Shown here piece by piece: positions 51,901 to 63,042 of a DNA stretch of 64,000 nucleotides. Location: positions 16,271 to 80,270 of the IMG/VR virus record IMGVR_UViG_3300033143_001281. The stretch is one strand, 5' to 3'. Position numbers and translations under genes: made by a program. Each line of letters starts with the position of its first letter. Position 1 is the stretch's first letter. The DNA comes from a virus. Under the pieces are notes generated by a model that was not told where the DNA came from, made no database searches, and worked only from the letters and a program-made list of their open reading frames with translations.

Positions 51901-54900
51901 CAGCAATAAATGCTGGTAAGACAAATACAAAATTAACTTTAGATGAAGCAATAGAGGGATTAGTTATACAAGTAGCTCCAACACAACAAACTAGTGAGGT
52001 AATAAATATATATGCAGGAACAAATGAAAATGCTGAGTTAAGTAATTTTGCAAAAAGACCTTTTGCTAGTGAGCTTATAGATGGGCAGTCTAAATATGGT
52101 AATTTTATTTTTAATACTGTACTCCAAGTTATTTTAATGAAGAAGGATTGCTTACAAAAGAAGGGGAAAAACTGATTGCTGATTTAAGTAAAGCTACTGG
52201 AGCACAAGCTAAATCAATAGGTAGAAAAATAAAGGGGTTAGATGTAAAAAGATGGGATAGTCTATCAGAAGGAATTATGAAAGGTTTAATTAAAGAATCT
52301 TTTGAACAAAACCCTAAAGCTCTTGAGAAACTATTAGCTACAGGTAATGCTACATTAACTCATACACAAGATAAGACTAAGTACCGTGAATTGTTTCCTA
52401 AAATATTAATGGAAGTAAGACAAGAGTTAGGTGGTTCTCAACCAACACAACAAGCTAGTGAGGTTGTAGGAATGACAGCTTTAAGAAAATCTGTTGTTGA
52501 TAATTTAGAAAAAGAGTTTAGTGAATTTAGAAAAGAAATAAATGAACTTAATATATCTGATAAAATATCTAAGCAAATAGCAGAAGGACCAACAGTTGCA
52601 GCAGGTGTAAGTAGAAGAGAACTTACTAAATCTCAGGAACAATTAAATTTAGTTACTAATAATCCTAATCATAATTTAAAACAAGTATTTTTTAATGATT
52701 GGATAAATACAATGGCTATAAATGAAATATTACTTGGAGATCAAGCTATTTCACTATCTAGCCCAGTAGATAAAATTAAAAGAGCTAAAATGCAAAATGC
52801 TGCTTACTTTAGTGCAGCATCTGCTATTTCCGCTCCTGAACAAGGTGTACATCATCCTGTTAAAGATATAAGTTTGGTAGCTTTAGAAGAGCCTGTTAGT
52901 CCTGACGGTATTGACTTGGCGGATGCACAAATGTATATTACCACAAAAGCATTTAGATATATGTGGTTTGGTTTTGGAAAGCTCACTGATGCACAAGCTG
53001 AATTACTTGATTTAATAGATGAGGGTCAAGAAATAACATCTTATTCTGTTTTTGGTGACAAAGAAAACACCCAGGCATACGCTAAAATGCAAGCATTATT
53101 AAATTCAAAAAAGCTTATATATGGTGATGGTAGTACATTCTTAAAAATGTCTGCATTTACTTTAACTAAAAACTTTACTTCTATTCAGAACCCAGAAACT
53201 AAAAAGTGGGAACCAAGACCTAATAGAGTACAGTTACATAACTTAAGAGAAAAGTTAGAAGCAATAGAAAATGAGAAAGGTAATCAGACACTAGGGATTG
53301 CTGCACCATTGAGTGCAATTAAAATGAAAAAGCAAAAAGTAAATGAGCTAACAGATTTAGATAATTCTAATCCATTTACTAATGGCTATACAAATTTAGA
53401 TGCTTCATTTATGGGTCTGCAGCAATTAAATGTTTCAAATAAATTGGAACAAGTTGATCCAACACAAATCAAACAAATTATAACATCTGAACAAGATCCA
53501 AAGACACATGTTCCTGGATTAATGATGAACGTTGGAGATATAATTACAGAATATAATAAAGCAATAAGTAAGAGAGTTACAATTAAATTCCAAAACAAAA
53601 AGAACTTAACCTTCTCTTATGAAACCGCAATGGATGAATTTGAGATGTCCAAAGATGCTGGTTCTATTACTCCAAAATTGTCTGCATATTTAAATTTTGC
53701 AATAAACGGATTACAAGCATCTCAGTCTAGTAGTCAACTATTAGAGTTCTTTTCTATGGACAATGGTGTTCAAGAGTATAACTTAAATAATCCTATAACT
53801 TCTAAAAAGTTTGAACAATTATTTCTAAGTTATTTTAGTAAAGGTGTTTTCTCTGAAAGAATACCAGGTTTAGCATTGACTTTAGTATCTGATTTTGGTA
53901 ATCAAGTATATAGAAGAGTATACGAAGTTGAGATAGTAGATGGAAAAACTATACCGGTAAGATCTGAGATTATAAGAGAAAAAAGTTGGAAAGGAAATAG
54001 TAATGATATACAAGACTTAAATACCTTAACTCCAGAATCTGAAGGTTTGTCTGAAGGTATTGTAGTTTTAGATAGACTTAGACACGGTCTTAAAGAATAT
54101 AAAGATATTACTGATCCAGATTCATATACAGGACAAAGATTTACAGAGATGATGATGCCAAGTCATCATAAATCTGTGATGGATATGATAGAAAATAAAC
54201 CTAATGCAAAAATGCCTGATGTAATATCTAAAATGTTTGCTATTAGAATACCTTCACAGGATAATCATTCAGCAATGAATGTAAAGTGGGTTGATTTTTT
54301 ACCTGTTTATTATGGATCATCAGCTATGTTTGCAAGAGAGTTGGTAGAGATATCAGGTGCTGATTTTGATATTGATAAAGTATTTGCACAAATAAAAGAT
54401 TTTTACGTTGAGTCAGGTGAGTTTAAAGAATATGGAAGAGCCGTTGGCATGGCTGAAAAGCATAAAGACTATCTTAGATATATTACTAGAGAAGTACAAA
54501 AGCCTGGTAATACATATTATGAAGCATATCAAACTTATATTAGAAATCAAAATGCAAGTGAAATAGATAATAGTGTTGAGACAGATGTTTTAACTGATCA
54601 GGGTTTAATTTCACAAGAAGGATTAATAGCATTAGAAATGTTAGGTTTGCCTAAAACTTTAGAAGAATATAATAATTACTATAAGAAATTTCAAGGAGAA
54701 CCATATGAAGCGCCTTATAATAATGACATACTAGATTATAGATATGCTTTATTAGGTAATGATAATGTAACATCTGGTGATAATCCTATATCATATACCC
54801 CAGCTACAGTAAATATAATCAAAGATGTTTTATCAGAACTATCGGGACAGTCTAAAGTATTCAAGGATAGAATGGAAGAAGACAGTGTAGAAGTTGATAA

Positions 54901-57166
54901 TATATTAGGAAAAATAAAAGCTTTCAAAGCAAATAAGGGAGCATCAATTGGTGCTGTAGTATTACCTAACTTATATTTAAGTTTATTAACTGAGTATGGT
55001 ATTACCTTAAAAAATCCCATACGAATAAATGGTAAAGATTACTTTGACTATAAAGAAACATTAGATGACAATGGTAATAGAAAACAAGATACAATATCTG
55101 CTTTGATTACTATGGCAACAGATAATGCAAAAGATAGGTTGTTATCTAAACTAGGACTTAATAGACACTCATTGGGTATTGTTGCTAATTTAACAGCTTT
55201 AGGTATAAATCTAAAAACATCAACTCTTTTAGTCAATCACCCTACTATACAAAAATTATATAATGAAGCTCTAAATAAATCAGAGAAAACTGATCCAGGA
55301 ATTAAAAAGTTGGTGCAAGATTTTATAGAGTCTACTACAGACGTCAATGAGTTATTAGAAGTTACTGATGAGTTATTATTAGATAATATAAATCAACCAC
55401 AAAATATTTCTAAACAAGATAATCTTAGTGTATTATCAGTATTTTTTGAGGCAATAAAATTAAAAGACTTTACTGGAAAAATGGGTGCAGCTACTAGCTT
55501 AACAAAAGGTATTGGTAGAAACATGGCAGAAGTAAAAGAAAAATATAAAAAGATTGCTGAGCTTACAGATAAAGATGCTCCAATGGATCTAAATGCAATT
55601 TATAAAAGCAATACTTGGTACAGTCAATATAACAGAATGTTTAATCAACTTGTAGAACAACTGCTTCCTGCTGTAGTTCTAAGATCAAATGCATCTTTTA
55701 CTAGTATATTAGATCGTGCATTAGAAACTATGAATACAGAAAGCAGACAGTTTACATCTGAAGTAGAAGAAGACGTATCATTAGATTTACTTTCATATTT
55801 GACAATAAAAGCATACCAAAAAAATATGCTAGATAATGGAACACTTGATCAAAAAAGTTTTAGCAATGATTTAATATATCCTTCTGAATATAATATTACT
55901 GATGTTATAGCTGATCTTAAAGAAATACAATCTTCATTGGGTCAAGAAAATTTATTTTTAGATGATTATGTAATACCTGAAAAATCTAGTGATGTAGGAA
56001 ATTCAACAGGTCTTAATTTAGCAAATGCAAATACTTTTAGAAATTTAAGTAAACAACAAAAAATAGATCTTCAAAATGATTTTTCTAAATTATTTGGATC
56101 ATTAACAACAAGGGGTGCTGCTAAAACACTAATTAACTATATGATGGTGAAAGATGGATTCCAACTTAGATATGGTTCATTGTTGTCATCTATTAGTCCT
56201 TTTGTTTTAAATGATTATTTATCTACTATTAATTCTGTTGAGTCAGCGCTCAAAGGTGCATCTACTTTTGAATCTGTTTTTGGGATGAGTCAAGATAACT
56301 TAGCTGAAGAGTTTAGAGATAATTATCTAAGGTCTAATATAAGTGGTAGACTTCTTAAAACTTATAATCAAAGTCCTATTACTAGAGGGTTTGGTAATAA
56401 AAAAGAAAAAATAATTTTTAATAGACAAGAGGGTATATTAAAGATGAATAATGTAACCATGCAGGTTCCAAAAATGTTTATAAGAGTTCAAACTATAGAA
56501 GGTGCAACCATAACTTTAATGCTTGATAGAGAAGCAACAAAAGATAAAAAACTAGTATATAATGTTATTGAAACATATGGTTCTAATAGTCAAACTGGTA
56601 TAGGTTTTATTTTTGGTGATAGACCCACCCATAGAGAAGTAAGAAATTATGTTAGAAATAAAGGTAATGATGTAAATCAAGATCCTGATGCAAGCATAAG
56701 CTTTGATGCTATGGATGGTGCAAAAGCTGTACAAGCTGAGATATTACAATCAGAAAATATTAATATTACTGCTGATGAAAATTCTATCATGGTTAAGTTA
56801 GATCCAGAAGCACAAGAAACTGATATAGCAAACACAAACTTACTACTTGAACAGCTTGGTTTAAATGAGGTAGCTAAAGACCAAGATGAGTTAGAAGCAA
56901 ATGTTATTGAAGATGTTGATACTTCTTTACCTGATGTTGACGAAGGAGAAGCACAATTAAGTCTCAATTTTGAACAAGAGTTGGATGAACAATATCCTGA
57001 AATAACTGAGTTTTGGGATACAGTAATATCACCAGATAAAAAAGCTTTAGAAAATTTAAGAGCAAATAATATTGTATCTTTGGAAGACTTGATTGAAGAA
57101 TATAATAGAGGAACTTACGCTAGCATAGCAGAGTTTATAGATCAAATAAAAAATTGTAACTTATAA
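42903..57166 (+). CDS. Giant virion RNA polymerase polyprotein (hydrophobic N-region, HExxH zincin, NADAR insert, two-barrel RNAP); split by an indel at ~52120
   Basis: HEAFH at 49413-49427 followed by EEYLADEF. RIPSQ at ~54245 and GADFDIDK (DFDID 54362-54376) match the phi14:2 gp66-type RNAP. ORFs 42903-52175 and 52148-57166 overlap inside one NADAR domain. Confidence 0.82.
51978..52464 (+). repeat. 23-bp direct repeats CCAACACAACAA(A/G)CTAGTGAGGT flanking a NADAR domain
   Basis: Copies at 51978-52000 and 52442-52464, 22/23 identical, encoding PTQQTSEV and PTQQASEV. Confidence 0.92.
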
Positions 57167-57169
57167 GAT

Positions 57170-60100
57170 ATGGCACGTTGTCCTAATAAAAATACAGCAG
57201 AGTATAAAGCTCTTAAAGAAGTTTTTAAAACAGAAATTATTACAAATAATGTAATTAATAACTGGCAAGATCTTAATAATGTAGATACATTTCCTAGTGT
57301 TATACAAGCACAAGATATGTTAAGGAACCAAAGACTTGCAATGAACTTAAAAAAAAGACAATTTGGTGAATCTTTATTAAATAATTTAAGAAGAGAAAGA
57401 ATAGGTCACAGCTACAAAAACAAATTTTATATTAATAATTCTAATCCTAATACAGGTTTATTTGATGAGTTATTTTTAAGTAAAAACATTAAGAGGCTTA
57501 ATAGATATCTTGATGTTAATAATATTCCTTCAAATAGAATTACATTAGAAAGAACAGCTAAAACATATAGATTAACTGTTAATGATGATTTGTTTACAAC
57601 AAACGATATGCTTGAGTCTTCTAGATCTTGGGATACACCAAGAGCAAGAAGTATTGTAAAACATCTTAGGAGAATGTTTCCTCAAGTAAATATAGAGATG
57701 CTTTCTGTTGCAGAAGCAAAAGAGATGTATAAGTCAATGCCTGAATGGAAAAAGTCAAACACCCCTTTTGATAAAGTTAATTCTTTTTATGTTGATGGAG
57801 TTGCTTATTTAATTAAAGGAAGAGTAACAGATGAAATTGCTATTGAAGAAATGTTACATCCATTTGTTGATGCTATAAAAGCAGATAATGAAGATTTGTT
57901 TAACTCATTACTTAAAGAAGCAAATAGTAATTTCCCAGAGATGGTACAAGAAATTGCTGATTCATATAATTTAGATAGAAGGTTTAGTCAACTTGATAGA
58001 GATTTAGAGATTGTTACTCAAGCTTTATCAAGACATTTTAATAATCAATATGAAAAAGAAGGTGGACCAAGCCGAGGATTTTTAAATAAAATAAAAGAGG
58101 TCATTCAATGGTTTGCAAATATCATTAAAAATTTTAATGAGTATTTAACAGGAAGACCATTAGACGTATCATCCATTAATGATACAGCAACATTAACTGA
58201 TATTGCAAAACTTTTAAACACAGAAGGTATACAATTTAAACTTGAGTCACGAGTTAATGGCAAGATTAGATATAGTTTATCTCCTGAAAAAAAGAAAGCG
58301 CTTGACATACAGCGTAATTCTGCAAATGAAATTCAGAAGCAAGTATTAAATAAACTGTTTAATGTTGTAGAGTCAAGCAAAGAAGAGTTTGATTCATTAT
58401 CAGCAAATCTAAATGATACTAGTAATCCTAGCATTGTTATTTTAAATGAAAAGGATCATACATATTATAATATTACTACAGGAGAAGTTTACACTTCCGT
58501 GACTACTGCTATTAAAGGGAGATTGAAAAATCAAGAAGATGTTCAACTTAATTTGGATGTTGGTAATGATGTAGATGCAATTCTTGATTCAGTTATTGCT
58601 GGTGAATCTCCTGCAGAAGTACAATCAAAACTCAGTATTTTGACACCAGAAATGGCTGAGCAAGTATATGCACAGTTAGAAACTACATTAGATATGATTA
58701 TGCCTGAAGGTTCTATAGCATTATCACAGGTTGTTTTATTTGATGAGAACACTAGTTTAGCAGGAACAGCAGACTTACTTATTATTGATAGAAATGGTTT
58801 TATTAGAATTGTTGATTTAAAAACTAGTAAGAACTCAATTAAATCTAGATATGTAACTGATAAAATTACTGGTAGAAGTGAATTTAAAAAGTATGATAAG
58901 AGTTGGGATATTGTACCATCAGATCAAGATGTCATAAAAGATTTACAAGACAATAACGTTAAAAAAGAAAACGGTAAAAAATATTCTAAAGAACAAATTG
59001 AAAATAGAAAGAAAGAGTTATCTCCTTTATTGTATGAAAAAGCAGGTGTAGAAAAACTATCTACTAGAGAACAACACAACCTTCAAGTAAATTTATATAG
59101 AAGGATGGTTGAGAATATGGGCTATAAAGTCTTTCAAGGAGAAGGGGCTTCCACCACTATTCATTTTGTTGCTGATATAACAGGAAAAGGTAAAGATCAA
59201 AAATTTAATGGTAATATTAAACCTGACGGTAGAATAGATCATCCGCCTTCAGAAAATTTAATTTATGTAAATAAACTAATACCTGAAAACTTAGATAACA
59301 TTGAAAAGGATAAACTTGAAAGTGCAGTTAAAAATGCTGAAGATCAAATACTAGATGCAGAACAATTAGCTGTAGACTCTGAGCAAGAAGCAGATACCGT
59401 TGATGCACAACAGTATCCAGAGTACAATACTATTTTAGCAGCACTTGAAAACTATAGATTAGGTTTAGTTGATAGAAGAAAAGCACTAGATCAAGTTAAA
59501 AAAAGTATTTACAGTGATAGAACAAAAAAAGAGCAACGTGAGCAAATTGCAAGTCATCTAGCATATATTGGTATTGCAATAAGTGAAGGACCTATAGCAC
59601 AATCAAAAGCATATTCTTCTTTATTACGTGATGCATTAAAGGAAATTAGAAAGTTTTCTGCATATGTACAAGATCCTTCAAACTTTGGTAAGACAGAGTA
59701 CATAACATATGTCTTAAATTTTGATAGGTTTGCAAAAACATTTGTTGGATTATACTCTATTGAGCAGTCTAATGAATTAAATGCAACTCAACGTTCTTTA
59801 GTTTTATCTTTACAGTTAGAACTTAATAAGCTAACTGGTGGTGACAAAAAAGGAGAAGGTATAATTAATCAAGCAATTTCTGATTATGTAAAAGAAACTA
59901 TCCGAACAAGATCTAGTAATGAATTTGGAGTAGATGGTAGTGCATTTACTAAAGAAGATCTTGATATGGTTATGGAAATGGCAAGAGATATAAACGGTAC
60001 AGAGCTACAAACTAGAGATTTAGATACTTCACCGGATGTTCTTTTAGGAGTTATGGCAAAAATATACAAGGCCAAAAAACAAGAACTATTGGACAGAGTT

Positions 60101-62947
60101 GCTGAAACTAAAGCAAGAGTTACAGTAGCTGCAGAAAAACTATTAAAACTTTCACCAACAAACGATAAAGAAAAGATTTATGACTTTATGCATGAGTCAG
60201 ATGGTAGATATGTAAAACCAATAGGTCAACAGTACTATGATCTTGAAGAATCTTTGGGTGCTGTATTAACAGATAATGATGGCCAGCCATATTATTACAG
60301 AGACATATCAAATTTAGATAATGCATCACAAGAAGATATAGACTATAATATAGATTTAGCAAATAAAAAAAGAGCATACTCTGATTTTATGGCGGGTGAA
60401 ATGAAAAATAGTGCTAATGAACTTGTAGATGGTGAATACCATAGATATACTGATGAATTTAAACAGGCTAGAAATAAGTTTGAATATTGGTCACCTGGTT
60501 CTGATAAAAGCCGTAGAGGCAGATGGAATAGAAAAGCTGGTAATAGTGATAAAGACTATGCTTTATATGAAGCTAAGTATTATGATATGAAACCTGTTAC
60601 TTTTGCAGAAAGGAATGCCCTAGGTGATGCCACAGGAGTTATAGTTAAAGATCAGATTTTCAGAGCAGTTAAGCCTGAATTTAGAGAGGTCCGACTTACT
60701 ACAAGAAGTGGTCAGGACATGGCAAGTGCTAAATACAGATCTATCATGAACCCTACAAATGCATTAGAACAAGCACAAAAAGAGTTTTATGAAATGTATA
60801 TAGATGTTTATGAAAACTACCTATTAAAGAAATTACCTGTAGGTGAATTAACTAAGATGGTTGGTAAAACACCACTAGTTAAAAATAATTTAATAGATGA
60901 TTTAAAAAATAAACCTACTATAGTATCTAAGTTATATGCAAAAACAATTGGTAGTAGTGCATGGAACATGTTCAAGAAAACATCATCTCAGAGAGGTGTT
61001 GTAACAGATGAAAATGGAAACTTAATTAGTTCATTGCCTATATACTATACGGGAAGACCAAGAATAGATGGAGAAATAGAAGTTGTAGATAAGCAGATAA
61101 CAGCACTACAAGATAAAAAAAGAAAGGGTTTAATTGGTCCAGATGCATATGAAAAGGAAATAGCCATATTAAATGGTAAGATGGAAAGACTAAGATCACA
61201 ACCTAGTACGGGTCAAATAAGCAGAGATTTAGGAAGTAGCTTATTAAAGTTTGCTGCAATGGCTGAAAACTATGAAGTGATGGGCACAATTGAAGATACT
61301 CTTAATGCATTTTTAAATGTTATTGAGAGAAGAGAATATCAACCAGCTGATACAAGTATTGAAACAGGAACATTTATAGACAATGCATTTAAGAAAAGAG
61401 GTATTATAAAAGGTAAAGATTCTAATGTATTAAAAAGAGCTAAGAAATGGATGTCTATGATATACTATCAAGATGATATGATGACAAAAGGTGCTGCTGA
61501 TAAAATAGCAGATGGTCTTATTCAGTTGTCTTCTTTATCTTATGTTGCTTTTAACCCATTTGGTAACTTCAATAACTATGTTATAGGTAGAATTAATAAC
61601 AATATTGAAATGCTAGGTGGTAGATTTTATAGCAGAAAAGCATATCAAAGAGCTACTTATGAATTTAATAAACGTGCTATACCAGATATAGTTCAAAGAA
61701 CATCATATGTTGTAGGAGACCTTGGTGATGTTTTGACTTTGGGATTAGTACCTGGTTTACAAAAGTCTACTTATGATCCACAGAAACCTAATAGTAAGTA
61801 TGAAGCATTTGTAGATTTATTTAGAATGATGGATAGTATGTCTGATATACGTGAACAATCCTCATCTACATCAGAAGGTAAAAGTTGGTTTGAAAAAGCT
61901 ACTGAATGGGGATATGTATTACAAGATGCAGCAGAATATAATGTACAAACAAAAGTTGGTATGGCTTTACTAATGGATACATTTATAAAGAATACAGAAA
62001 CTAATGAGGTTATGTCTTTATATGATGCATTTGATTATGATGCAAATACACATAAAAATGTATTGAAAGATGGCTTTACTATGATTGTAGATAAGAATGG
62101 TAATAACTTGCGTGAATACTCTGATGAATTTAGATATGAACTTAGAAATCAAATACGTGAGGTCAACAAACAAATTCATGGTAACTATGCAAAAGAAGAT
62201 AGAGTTGTAATGCAAAGTACTACTATTGGTAAGTTAGCATTTCAGTTTCATAAGTGGGTGGCTCCAGCTATAAGAGCAAGATATCAAAGAGAATACTTTG
62301 ACCAAAACCTTGGTTGGATGGAAGGCCGTTATATATCTGCTTGGAAGTTTTTAGCATATACAAAAGAACAAATAGTAAAAGGAAACATGGAGTTTTCTAA
62401 GTATAATAAAGGTTTTTTAGAGTCATACGGTTACACAGGCAAAGGTGGTAATATAGATCAAAGAGCAACTAATAAACTTTTTGGGTTTTATAGAACAATG
62501 GGTGAAATAGGAATTATATTATCTACTCTTGTTTTAAGTGAAATATTAGGATCTTTACTTGCAGGTGAAGATGATGATAGTGATACAATGAAGAGATTTA
62601 AAAATGTTGCAAGATATCAAGCTGATAGATCTTTTAAAGAACTTATAATGTTCTTACCAGTACCAGGAGGATTTGAACAACAATATCAAATGTTTAAATC
62701 ACCAATTGCTGCAACAAGAACTTTAGGTGAATTAGGTGAAGCACTTTCTCTCACAATAAGAACTCCTATGGCATATTTGTATTATTCTGATGATGAGTTC
62801 AGATCAAATTCAAGTTTTGTTTACCAACAAAAACCAAGAAAAGGAGAACTTAAAGTTTATAAAAACTGGAAAGATGTGTTACCTATTATTTATTCTATAC
62901 AAAAATGGGATGCATATCTGAAATTGAATAATTTCTATATCAAATAA
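57170..62947 (+). CDS. Giant virion/ejection protein with zincin-like and PD-(D/E)xK nuclease domains and a C-terminal hydrophobic segment
   Basis: 1925 aa with EEMLHPF (HExxH variant), AGTADLLIID...IVDLKTS...QVNLY and a C-terminal GIILSTLVLSEILGSLLAG. Confidence 0.7.
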   Translation: MARCPNKNTAEYKALKEVFKTEIITNNVINNWQDLNNVDTFPSVIQAQDMLRNQRLAMNLKKRQFGESLLNNLRRERIGHSYKNKFYINNSNPNTGLFDELFLSKNIKRLNRYLDVNNIPSNRITLERTAKTYRLTVNDDLFTTNDMLESSRSWDTPRARSIVKHLRRMFPQVNIEMLSVAEAKEMYKSMPEWKKSNTPFDKVNSFYVDGVAYLIKGRVTDEIAIEEMLHPFVDAIKADNEDLFNSLLKEANSNFPEMVQEIADSYNLDRRFSQLDRDLEIVTQALSRHFNNQYEKEGGPSRGFLNKIKEVIQWFANIIKNFNEYLTGRPLDVSSINDTATLTDIAKLLNTEGIQFKLESRVNGKIRYSLSPEKKKALDIQRNSANEIQKQVLNKLFNVVESSKEEFDSLSANLNDTSNPSIVILNEKDHTYYNITTGEVYTSVTTAIKGRLKNQEDVQLNLDVGNDVDAILDSVIAGESPAEVQSKLSILTPEMAEQVYAQLETTLDMIMPEGSIALSQVVLFDENTSLAGTADLLIIDRNGFIRIVDLKTSKNSIKSRYVTDKITGRSEFKKYDKSWDIVPSDQDVIKDLQDNNVKKENGKKYSKEQIENRKKELSPLLYEKAGVEKLSTREQHNLQVNLYRRMVENMGYKVFQGEGASTTIHFVADITGKGKDQKFNGNIKPDGRIDHPPSENLIYVNKLIPENLDNIEKDKLESAVKNAEDQILDAEQLAVDSEQEADTVDAQQYPEYNTILAALENYRLGLVDRRKALDQVKKSIYSDRTKKEQREQIASHLAYIGIAISEGPIAQSKAYSSLLRDALKEIRKFSAYVQDPSNFGKTEYITYVLNFDRFAKTFVGLYSIEQSNELNATQRSLVLSLQLELNKLTGGDKKGEGIINQAISDYVKETIRTRSSNEFGVDGSAFTKEDLDMVMEMARDINGTELQTRDLDTSPDVLLGVMAKIYKAKKQELLDRVAETKARVTVAAEKLLKLSPTNDKEKIYDFMHESDGRYVKPIGQQYYDLEESLGAVLTDNDGQPYYYRDISNLDNASQEDIDYNIDLANKKRAYSDFMAGEMKNSANELVDGEYHRYTDEFKQARNKFEYWSPGSDKSRRGRWNRKAGNSDKDYALYEAKYYDMKPVTFAERNALGDATGVIVKDQIFRAVKPEFREVRLTTRSGQDMASAKYRSIMNPTNALEQAQKEFYEMYIDVYENYLLKKLPVGELTKMVGKTPLVKNNLIDDLKNKPTIVSKLYAKTIGSSAWNMFKKTSSQRGVVTDENGNLISSLPIYYTGRPRIDGEIEVVDKQITALQDKKRKGLIGPDAYEKEIAILNGKMERLRSQPSTGQISRDLGSSLLKFAAMAENYEVMGTIEDTLNAFLNVIERREYQPADTSIETGTFIDNAFKKRGIIKGKDSNVLKRAKKWMSMIYYQDDMMTKGAADKIADGLIQLSSLSYVAFNPFGNFNNYVIGRINNNIEMLGGRFYSRKAYQRATYEFNKRAIPDIVQRTSYVVGDLGDVLTLGLVPGLQKSTYDPQKPNSKYEAFVDLFRMMDSMSDIREQSSSTSEGKSWFEKATEWGYVLQDAAEYNVQTKVGMALLMDTFIKNTETNEVMSLYDAFDYDANTHKNVLKDGFTMIVDKNGNNLREYSDEFRYELRNQIREVNKQIHGNYAKEDRVVMQSTTIGKLAFQFHKWVAPAIRARYQREYFDQNLGWMEGRYISAWKFLAYTKEQIVKGNMEFSKYNKGFLESYGYTGKGGNIDQRATNKLFGFYRTMGEIGIILSTLVLSEILGSLLAGEDDDSDTMKRFKNVARYQADRSFKELIMFLPVPGGFEQQYQMFKSPIAATRTLGELGEALSLTIRTPMAYLYYSDDEFRSNSSFVYQQKPRKGELKVYKNWKDVLPIIYSIQKWDAYLKLNNFYIK

Positions 62948-62990
62948 GACAAATTTGCAGGTTTAATTCTTTCTTGTTTAAATAAGAATA

Positions 62991-63005
62991 GTTATATTAT
63001 AGTAT
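62991..63005 (+). promoter_or_regulatory. Putative phage promoter motif (GTTATATTATAGTAT)
   Basis: Variant of the recurring motif upstream of ORF 63043. Confidence 0.4.
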
Positions 63006-63042
63006 AAACCAACAGATACAGACTATAATTTAAATTTTAAAT

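Noticed and set aside
51978-52464. CRISPR array or IS element with target-site duplication
   Set aside because: Only two repeats with a ~440-nt coding spacer, and no cas, transposase or terminal inverted repeats.
1138-62215. All minus-strand ORFs and short nested + strand ORFs (e.g. 4432, 4942, 16977, 23408, 49627)
   Set aside because: They lie within or overlap long, well-formed + strand genes and have shadow-frame composition with no motifs.
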